This document shows positions 17,381 to 24,194 of a stretch of DNA of 64,000 bases, piece by piece; position 1 is the stretch's first letter; each line of letters starts with the position of its first letter. The DNA lies in assembly GCA_964607655.1 (NCBI GenBank), contig CAZSKX010000001.1, forward strand, positions 83,434 to 147,433. The letters are read 5' to 3'. The notes under the pieces were generated by a model. The model searched no databases and had not been told where the DNA came from. It saw only the letters and a program-made list of their open reading frames with translations. The position numbers were made by a program, and so were the translations under genes. This DNA is from an uncultured Candidatus Saccharibacteria bacterium (GTDB lineage: Bacteria > Patescibacteriota > Minisyncoccia > Phycocordibacterales > Phycocordibacteraceae).

Positions 17381-17466
17381 TCCGCTGTAATTCATAACAA
17401 ACGCGCGCGGCAGGAGATAAGGAGCGCACCCTCAAGCGCCTGAGATTTATACATAACAAAGCTACT

Positions 17467-17625
17467 ATGAACGAAAAAGATGACAAGCGACACGAGAAGG
17501 ATATCGAGGCCGACACTGCGGACGAGAAGGTCACCGATGCGCAGAAAGTAGCGGGAGATGCACACACGGCGGCCGCAGATTCGCACAAGGAGAAGACTAC
17601 GGAGTACGAAGAAAAGTCGACATAA
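17467..17625 (+). CDS. Possible small hydrophilic Lys/Glu/Asp-rich protein (52 aa).
   Basis: Intact ORF followed by hairpin CAAGACACCC-GTGCA-GGGTGTCTTG. No clear SD. Confidence 0.3.
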   Translation: MNEKDDKRHEKDIEADTADEKVTDAQKVAGDAHTAAADSHKEKTTEYEEKST

Positions 17626-17860
17626 CACTCCCATGAGTGAGTGACGATACAAGACACCCGTGCAGGGTGTCTTGTACGTTCCATTGCGACGATATGGGTG
17701 TTGTCAGCTATGCACTGCCACCCGTAGTTACTCGCATTCTCCTCACCGGTTTCTTACGCTCTGTAATGGGTATGTTCTGCGCTCGGCAGAGTAGATAGGT
17801 GTCACCAAGGTCGAGATTACTACGTAACTCATCATTTGCTCGTTATAGCTAACCTAATTT

Positions 17861-18124
17861 ATGAAAACTCCTACTCGTTTCTCTCGTCTCTCAACAAAAG
17901 CAGTTCTTGCAGCCGCGCTTGCCTCGTCGAGCCTTTTGGCTGTAGCGCTCCCGAGCTTTGCCCACGCTGCAACTTTTGCTTATGTGAACACGGCCGGTGA
18001 AGTTAATGCGGTGGTCGCCAACACGTGGATGGAGGCAATCGCCAACGCACCAAATATCCATGTACACAGCGGTGTCATGCTACTCACCAACCCTAGTGAC
18101 TCAATACTCAATACGAGCATCTAA
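17861..18124 (+). CDS. Small secreted protein (signal peptide), unknown function.
   Basis: N-terminal signal LSTKAVLAAALASSSLLAVALPSFAHA. Followed by hairpin AAGACACC-TGCGCA-GGGTGTCTT, a relative of the one at 17648. Confidence 0.4.
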   Translation: MKTPTRFSRLSTKAVLAAALASSSLLAVALPSFAHAATFAYVNTAGEVNAVVANTWMEAIANAPNIHVHSGVMLLTNPSDSILNTSI

Positions 18125-18193
18125 CGACGCACGCATTCGAGTAACCCCAAGACACCTGCGCAGGGTGTCTTTGTGGTAGGATGCACTGCCGAC

Positions 18194-18943
18194 ATGAACT
18201 TTTTGAGCTCGATGTTCTCGACGATACTCCACACCATCGGAGGAGTGTGCTCGACGATCGGCCTCGCGGTGTCGACATATTTTCTTGGGCTACCGCCGCC
18301 AATGCCCGCCGCGACCTCGACTCCGATCACGATCGAAAACGTTGCCACGTCGTCGCCACCAGCCGCCACTCCTTCGCGAGCGCCAGCGACGGAGCCTGCG
18401 AAGGTGGAGGTTCCCGTTTCCCCGGTGGTTAACAAGCCAATCCCGCCGCCACCTAAACCGCCCGTGGTCGAGACACCGCCCGTAAATCAAACCATAGGGA
18501 CCACGACACTCGTGGTGCAGACTATTCCGCTCCTCTCGGGAGGCGTGGTGCGCGCGGGACAGACGGTGCCTATTTCATATCTTCAAATTACTAACATCGG
18601 CACAGAAGGAGCGCGTCTAACGGGGTTTAGAGTGCAGCAAAACGGTTCTGCGCCAGACGCTGCAGTGATAGGGCTATCGACAGTCGATGATAGAGGCGGC
18701 TCGCGGGGCTTGGTCGGTGGCGACGAATCATCGCGCCCATTCCGGAATGGAGTAGCGCTCGCGCCAACAGACGCGTACTTCGCGCCGGGGCAAATGCGGC
18801 TCTTTACCATCAAAGCGATTCTTTCTGGACAAGCGTCGGCGCACATCGGCATGACACTTGCTGTGGTGGTCACCTCGGTCGAGACAACGGCGGATCCGAA
18901 AGGACAATTTCCTATAAGCGGTACGACCTGGACCATTCAGTAG
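18194..18943 (+). CDS. Membrane-anchored protein with a Pro/Thr-rich linker and a C-terminal globular domain, unknown function.
   Basis: N-terminal TM helix, PPPKPPVVETPP proline-rich spacer, roughly 150-aa C-terminal domain. Confidence 0.45.
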   Translation: MNFLSSMFSTILHTIGGVCSTIGLAVSTYFLGLPPPMPAATSTPITIENVATSSPPAATPSRAPATEPAKVEVPVSPVVNKPIPPPPKPPVVETPPVNQTIGTTTLVVQTIPLLSGGVVRAGQTVPISYLQITNIGTEGARLTGFRVQQNGSAPDAAVIGLSTVDDRGGSRGLVGGDESSRPFRNGVALAPTDAYFAPGQMRLFTIKAILSGQASAHIGMTLAVVVTSVETTADPKGQFPISGTTWTIQ

Positions 18944-19004
18944 CGCCGCTGTTTGTATAAAAAGTTGAAAGCGCCTCTGGTGTGAGACGCCTTCGGATGT
19001 GGGC

Positions 19005-19451
19005 TCATGACAGAATGACCTCCATAACGACTGGCCCGACGCCAGGTCCGGTTAGGCCGCACTTCTTAGCGGCTGCGAATGAGAAGTCGAGGACTCGTCC
19101 CTCGATGAAGGGACCTCGGTCGGAGACTTCGAGGTTGAAGTACGTGCCCGTGAGAGGGCAGTACACCCGAAGCTCGGTTCCGAGCGGCAGGCTCTTGTGC
19201 GCGACGATCGTCTCGTCGTACATGTCGAATTCCTCGCCGTTGGCCATTTCTAGCCCGTGGAACTGATCTGCATAGTAACTTGCGTAGACTACCCACAGCT
19301 GGGCATCAAGGCAGGTTTTTTCTGCGTAGACCAGAGGCACGGTCTCTGCCGCCGGGCAGACGTCACTGTTGATCCAGCAAACGCCCTGCGCAGCGGCGAT
19401 GGTAGGCATGAGCCCTGAGAGCATGAATAGAAAGAGCAAAATACGAAGCAC
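19005..19451 (-). CDS. RlpA-like double-psi beta-barrel (DPBB) domain lipoprotein/secreted protein.
   Basis: Signal peptide. DPBB signature YASYYADQFHGLEMANGEEFDMYDETIVAHKSLPLGTELRV...VSDRGPF. Confidence 0.7.
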   Translation of the reverse strand: MLRILLFLFMLSGLMPTIAAAQGVCWINSDVCPAAETVPLVYAEKTCLDAQLWVVYASYYADQFHGLEMANGEEFDMYDETIVAHKSLPLGTELRVYCPLTGTYFNLEVSDRGPFIEGRVLDFSFAAAKKCGLTGPGVGPVVMEVILS

Positions 19452-19765
19452 GAAAGAACCTCCTTGTGTTTGGTAAGCCTTGCCGATATGGCCGCGCTTA
19501 CTCTGGTACTTCTACCGTACCATATATTAAGTAGACGTGAAGAGTCAGATTTTCTTACAGAAAAGAAAATGGGTGCAGTCGCTTTCGCAACTGCACCCAC
19601 GGCTCTTTTCGTTCAGGGTAAGCCTAACCCCGCTAGTATGTTCACCTCAATCGTTTGCCTCCTTTTCGGCGCCGTATTGGCACTCCGGTCGTCTGGACCG
19701 GGGTTGTCGTGGATAGACATTGCAGAGATGGACGGTTCAGGCCGAACCGTCCGGGACGGGGCTCG

Positions 19766-20319
19766 TTACCCGAGCACCTCGACGAGCTCGCTGAGGATCG
19801 CGTCAGACGCGTCATCCGGACGAGCCCACACGAAGGCCTCGTTGAGCCTGGACAGCATCATGTCCAGGGAGTCGCGGTCGCCCTTCCCGCGCATCGCGGG
19901 GCGGCGCCACGCGACGAGCTGGAAGAGTCCCTGGACCGTGTCCTTGGTGAAGGTGACCTTGCGGCCCTTCACCGTGAGCTGCTGCTCGAGGATCGAGGAG
20001 AGCCGCGCCCAGAGGTCCTTCCCGGCGAGTTCTCGTGCGCGAGGCACGAGAACTCGCCGGGAAGGGCCATCATCAGCGGGAACACCGTGAGCAGGTGTTC
20101 CTTCGACTCCGCCGCGAAGCGGTTGCGCTCCGCGAGCGTGCGGTCGGGGCTCGGCGCCGCCGGGGCGGGGGCCTTCTGCCGGGAGGTCTTCTCCTGGCGG
20201 CTGACGCTCTCCTCGCGGTGGCTGTCGCGGCCCTTCTTCTGGTCGCGGCCCGGCTTCTCGTTGCGGTTCTGGTTGCGGTCGTTCTTCTGGTTCCTCGCCA
20301 TTGGGTTTCTCCTGCCCAT
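19766..20319 (-). pseudogene. Frameshifted gene with extreme GC3 codon usage. The N-terminal basic segment (frame of ORF 19969..20319) and the C-terminal segment (frame of ORF 19766..20380) join at a 22-bp perfect palindrome.
   Basis: Both halves show strong third-position G/C periodicity in different frames. Inverted repeat CCTTCCCGGCGAGTTCTCGTGC-GCGAG-GCACGAGAACTCGCCGGGAAGG at about 20019-20067. An arm length of 22 gives a +1 shift. Confidence 0.35.
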
Positions 20320-20499
20320 TTAAGGGCTCTGCGGACGTTTTGGCCCAGATCGGGATGATCGGGGTATCTGGGGAGATCATAGCACGAAGCTATAAATCTG
20401 TCAAGCACATGCTTGAAATATCTAGAAAATATGCTATATTTTTGAAAAAAAGAAGAGGGCGCGGCTGAGTATCAGCCGCGCCCGTTTTTGGCCCCTGGA

Positions 20500-21141
20500 T
20501 TAGGGCATCATTCCTTTCTCGATAAACGCTCTCTGCACGCCCGTGAGGGAGGGAGGCGTGGCGGTCGCCTGGTACTTCTCCCAGACGGGTTCCCAGTCGT
20601 CGCGGAAGACCTCGAAGAGCACTTCGTCGACGTAGGCTCCCTCGTGCAGGTGATGCTGCTTATAGCGACCCGCCGGTTTATAACCGCACTTCAAGAGGTG
20701 GCCGGCGCTCTGAGCATTGAATGCCTTCACGGTCGAGGTCAGCTTGCGCAGGCCGAGCACCATGAATGCGTGGTAGAGCAGGAGCAGCTTCGCCTCCGTG
20801 CCCAGTCCTCGGCCCTGTGCGCCCTCCGCGCCGATCATCGATCCGGTCGTTGCGAAGCCGTGCGGCCACGTAACGCCGTGGATCCCCATGTGCCCGACGT
20901 ACTGGTACGAGGTGCCGGCGCGCAGCAGCACTGCAAACACCTCCTTCTCGCCCTTGCTCTTGTCGAGCCCGCGGACCCACTCGACGCCACCAGCGTACGA
21001 GTAGGGAGGGCGCTGCAGAGTCCCTTCGACGCCGATGCGTCGATTGATCCACGGCAGAAAGAGTTTTACATATCCGGGGTGCATGAGCCCCAAGGCTACC
21101 TGCACCTTACCCTCATACGACACAGTATGACCATGTTTCAT
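20500..21141 (-). CDS. GNAT-family N-acetyltransferase (RimL/RimJ-like).
   Basis: Acetyl-CoA-binding motif region AEGAQGRGLGTEAKLLLLYHAF, typical GNAT fold length. Confidence 0.7.
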   Translation of the reverse strand: MKHGHTVSYEGKVQVALGLMHPGYVKLFLPWINRRIGVEGTLQRPPYSYAGGVEWVRGLDKSKGEKEVFAVLLRAGTSYQYVGHMGIHGVTWPHGFATTGSMIGAEGAQGRGLGTEAKLLLLYHAFMVLGLRKLTSTVKAFNAQSAGHLLKCGYKPAGRYKQHHLHEGAYVDEVLFEVFRDDWEPVWEKYQATATPPSLTGVQRAFIEKGMMP

Positions 21142-21170
21142 CTAGATTCTCCTATCAAGGTACATGCTCT

Positions 21171-21220
21171 GCTCCAGAAAACGAGAAATGCCTCGGCTCC
21201 CGCAGAGCCGAGGCATTTCT
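21171..21220 (-). terminator. Minus-strand hairpin + T-tract just upstream of the GNAT gene and downstream of a 24-codon ORF. Terminator or attenuator.
   Basis: AGAAATGCCTCGGCTC-CCGCAG-AGCCGAGGCATTTCT then CGTTTTCTGG on the minus strand. Confidence 0.5.
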
Positions 21221-21698
21221 AAGTGGTGGAGTAGTTGAGAAAGGCTTCGGCTATGCGCAAGCGAAGTGGGCAAGATCCGTAATCTTGCTCATCTCGCGCA
21301 CGCAGTAACCGAATACCTTGTTCATGAGATCAGTCTAGCTAAATTTCTCATCTTGTCAAGTGTTATAAACACTGGTGGCGCTTGACCGTGTATCGAGGAG
21401 GCGTACACTATAAGTGTAGATCTTTGGCATCTGATCTACCGCCGTTGATCCGGAGGATCAACAACGAGTGCAGCCTGTGAAGCTGACCGTTCGTATCGAG
21501 ACACTGATCATATGATCTCCGTCTCAGTTTTGGTCCGATTCACAAGCGCCTTTGGCCACCTTTCTCAAAAATATCGTTTTCTTCTTGCTCCTTCCTGCTC
21601 TTTCTAGACAATCTGTCATATCCCTCTTCCCGTCATTCCTTCTTCCTTCCTCTCCCGTCCTCCGCCCTCCTGTCCTTCCGCCCCTTGACCCATTGTCG

Positions 21699-21716
21699 CC
21701 CGAGCATATGCTCGGG
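21699..21716. promoter_or_regulatory. 18-bp perfect palindrome (CCCGAGCATATGCTCGGG) between TTGACC (21684-21689) and the ychF start. Candidate operator.
   Basis: Perfect dyad symmetry centred on CATATG, preceded by a roughly 100-nt polypyrimidine tract. Confidence 0.4.
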
Positions 21717-21773
21717 TTCTTTATTTTATGGGTGTGAGTTTCATTTTTGAGCTAAACAGTGTAAGTTGAGATT

Positions 21774-22871
21774 ATGTTAAAGATCGGCATTGTGGGTCTA
21801 CCGAACGTGGGGAAGTCCACGCTTTTTAATGCGCTTACTAAGGCAGCAGTACCGGCAGAGAATTATCCCTTCTGTACGATCGACCCATCGGTCGGCGTTG
21901 TCGGCGTGCCCGACGAGCGGCTCGAAGCGCTCGCCAAGCTTTCGAATTCAAAAAAGGTGATCCCAGCAGCCATCGAGTTCGTCGACATTGCTGGCCTCGT
22001 GAAGGGCGCTGCCGAGGGCGAAGGGCTCGGGAACCAGTTCCTCGCCAACATCCGCGAGTGTGACGCTATCCTCGAGCTTGTGCGCTTCTTCGACGACGGC
22101 AATGTCCACCATGTCTCCGGCGAGGTGGAGCCGTACAAGGATATCGAAGTGATTAACCTCGAGCTCGTGCTTGCCGACAGCGAGCAGGTACGTAAGCGCC
22201 GTGACAAGCTCGTAAGCGATATCAAGCGTCAGGATAAAGATGCGATCGCTGAGGATGCGGTCCTCGCGAAGCTCGAGCAAGGATTTAGTGACGGCAAACT
22301 TGCACTCCATGTCGATCTCTCCGAAGATGAGAAGAAGCGCGTGCAGTACCTAAACCTGCTCACGATGAAGCCGATCCTCTACGGGTTGAACCGTAAGAGC
22401 GGTGGGCACAATATCGACGAGCTCGCAGACGGTCGTGTTGACCGCGCTTTCGCGCTGATGAAGGAGCTCGGTAGCGGATATGTGTATCTCGACGCTGCTA
22501 CAGAGCGTGAGTTGAACGACGTGGCCGAGGAGGACAAGCAGACCTTCCGCCAAGAGCTCGGCGTACACGAAGACGGTCTCACCGGGCTCATCCGCGGCGC
22601 TTACCGCACGCTCGATCTTATTTCATTCTTCACTACAGGGCCTGAAGAGACGCGCGCATGGACTATTAAGCGGGGGAGTACTGCTCCGGTCGCTGGCGCG
22701 GCGATCCATACAGATTTTAAGGACAAATTTATTCGCGCAGAAGTAGTCGCGACGAACGACCTCCTCGCTGCCGGCTCATACGCCGCTGCGCGCGAACAAG
22801 CCAAGGTCCGTACAGAAGGGAAGGAGTACATCGTCAAAGACGGGGACGTCATCGTCTTCCTGCACGGTTGA
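21774..22871 (+). CDS. ychF: Ribosome-binding ATPase YchF (Obg-family GTPase with TGS domain).
   Basis: G1 GIVGLPNVGKSTLFNALT, NxxE YchF-type G4, C-terminal TGS (GDVIVFLHG). Confidence 0.9.
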   Translation: MLKIGIVGLPNVGKSTLFNALTKAAVPAENYPFCTIDPSVGVVGVPDERLEALAKLSNSKKVIPAAIEFVDIAGLVKGAAEGEGLGNQFLANIRECDAILELVRFFDDGNVHHVSGEVEPYKDIEVINLELVLADSEQVRKRRDKLVSDIKRQDKDAIAEDAVLAKLEQGFSDGKLALHVDLSEDEKKRVQYLNLLTMKPILYGLNRKSGGHNIDELADGRVDRAFALMKELGSGYVYLDAATERELNDVAEEDKQTFRQELGVHEDGLTGLIRGAYRTLDLISFFTTGPEETRAWTIKRGSTAPVAGAAIHTDFKDKFIRAEVVATNDLLAAGSYAAAREQAKVRTEGKEYIVKDGDVIVFLHG

Positions 22872-22952
22872 CGAATTAGTACTAATATTGTAGTCTAGCG
22901 ACAGACCCTCACGAGGCCTCTTGAAGGTGTGCGTGACGGAAGGAGACCGTCC

Positions 22953-23132
22953 ATGAGGAAAGCCATTCTTGTATTCGTTGGGTACGCGTCTGGCAACGCT
23001 CTTATCAACGACCTCAGATTCACTGAAATCGAAGTGGAACTACCTCCCGAAGGGCTCACCAGTGCGTTTCTGAAGAAGCACCGCGATGACCGAGGAGGGA
23101 CTCTCCTCAACGTGATCCATCTCGACGACTGA
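22953..23132 (+). CDS. Small protein (59 aa), unknown function.
   Basis: RBS GGAAGGAG 7 nt upstream of the ATG. Hairpin + T-tract terminator at 23185-23223. Confidence 0.45.
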   Translation: MRKAILVFVGYASGNALINDLRFTEIEVELPPEGLTSAFLKKHRDDRGGTLLNVIHLDD

Positions 23133-23184
23133 TTCCCACTGGAGGGCCTTCGTCCCTCCACCTCTCCGCAACGGAGCACCCCAA

Positions 23185-23223
23185 AGCGCCGGTAACCGAA
23201 AGGTCGCCGGCGCTCTTCTTTTT
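23185..23223 (+). terminator. Rho-independent terminator.
   Basis: AGCGCCGG...CCGGCGCT stem followed by CTTCTTTTTT. Confidence 0.6.
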
Positions 23224-23241
23224 GTGGTATAATCCACGCCT

Positions 23242-24192
23242 ATGGATACAAACAAAGCAAAGGCAACGCCGCGTGATTTCTTCCTCTGGGCAGGGGCTAT
23301 GGTCAGTTTTTACTGGAGCATTCTCGCGTTTATCTTCCTCCTTTTTAGTTACATCGACTACACCTTCCCGAACGCGCTGCAGTATTATCCTGCGAATCCC
23401 TATGAGAGCGGGATCAGTGCCCAGATGGCCTCGATCATCGTGCTTCTGCCGCTCTATCTAATACTTATCCGCGTGATCGCTAAGGATGCCGTCAAGGACC
23501 CGACGCGTCGCGAGATCTGGGTCCGTCGCTGGGCGCTCATCTTCACGCTCTTTGTCGCGGGTGTCGCTATCGCGATCGACCTGATCACGTTGCTCACCAG
23601 CTTCTTGAGTGGCGAAGCGCTCACTACAGCGTTCTTGCTGAAGGTATTGATCGTGCTGCTCGTCGCTGCCGGTGTGTTTATGCACTTCACCGCCGATCTA
23701 AAGGGTTACTGGGCGACCTATCCTAACCGTCGTCGTTATGTGAGTGTGGGGGTGGCAGTTGTCGCGGTCGCGAGTATCATTGCCGGATTCTTCATCGTCG
23801 GCTCGCCTTACTCCGCACGACAGACGCGCTTTGATGAGCAGAAGATCGAGGACCTGCAGCTTATACAGTCACAGGTCGCATACTTTTATCAGGCGAAACA
23901 ATCACTTCCTGCTACGCTCACCGAGCTCACAGACTCAGTGACCTTCGGCGGGACGGTGCCGGTCGACCCTGAGACGAATGAGCCATATGAGTATGAGATC
24001 ACGGACAAAACCTCTTTTAAACTCTGTGCGACCTTTAGCGCGGAGCGTCGGATCTATGATTCGATGGCGCCCTATGTCTACCGAAAGCAGGCGGGCATTT
24101 CTGACAATTGGGATCACGATGCCGGGCGTTTCTGTTTCGAACGAACCATCGATCCAGCCTTTTATCCTCCTCTCGGGAAAGGGATTGATTAA
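23242..24192 (+). CDS. Polytopic membrane protein with a C-terminal soluble domain, unknown function. Apparently leaderless.
   Basis: Five or six TM helices. Extended -10 TGgTATAAT at 23224-23232 ends 9 nt before the ATG. Confidence 0.55.
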   Translation: MDTNKAKATPRDFFLWAGAMVSFYWSILAFIFLLFSYIDYTFPNALQYYPANPYESGISAQMASIIVLLPLYLILIRVIAKDAVKDPTRREIWVRRWALIFTLFVAGVAIAIDLITLLTSFLSGEALTTAFLLKVLIVLLVAAGVFMHFTADLKGYWATYPNRRRYVSVGVAVVAVASIIAGFFIVGSPYSARQTRFDEQKIEDLQLIQSQVAYFYQAKQSLPATLTELTDSVTFGGTVPVDPETNEPYEYEITDKTSFKLCATFSAERRIYDSMAPYVYRKQAGISDNWDHDAGRFCFERTIDPAFYPPLGKGID

Positions 24193-24194
24193 TC

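Noticed and set aside
19655-20323. 222-aa plus-strand ORF and the 204-aa minus ORF 19766-20380 across the GC-rich island.
   Set aside because: The codon-position GC signal shows the real coding frames are on the minus strand and switch at the palindrome. The Pro/Glu-rich N-terminus of ORF 19766-20380 and the entire plus ORF are wrong-frame readings.
21552-21737. 61-aa plus ORF over the polypyrimidine tract.
   Set aside because: Low-complexity translation of a CT-rich tract (LLPSSPVLRPPVLPP). There are no expression signals.
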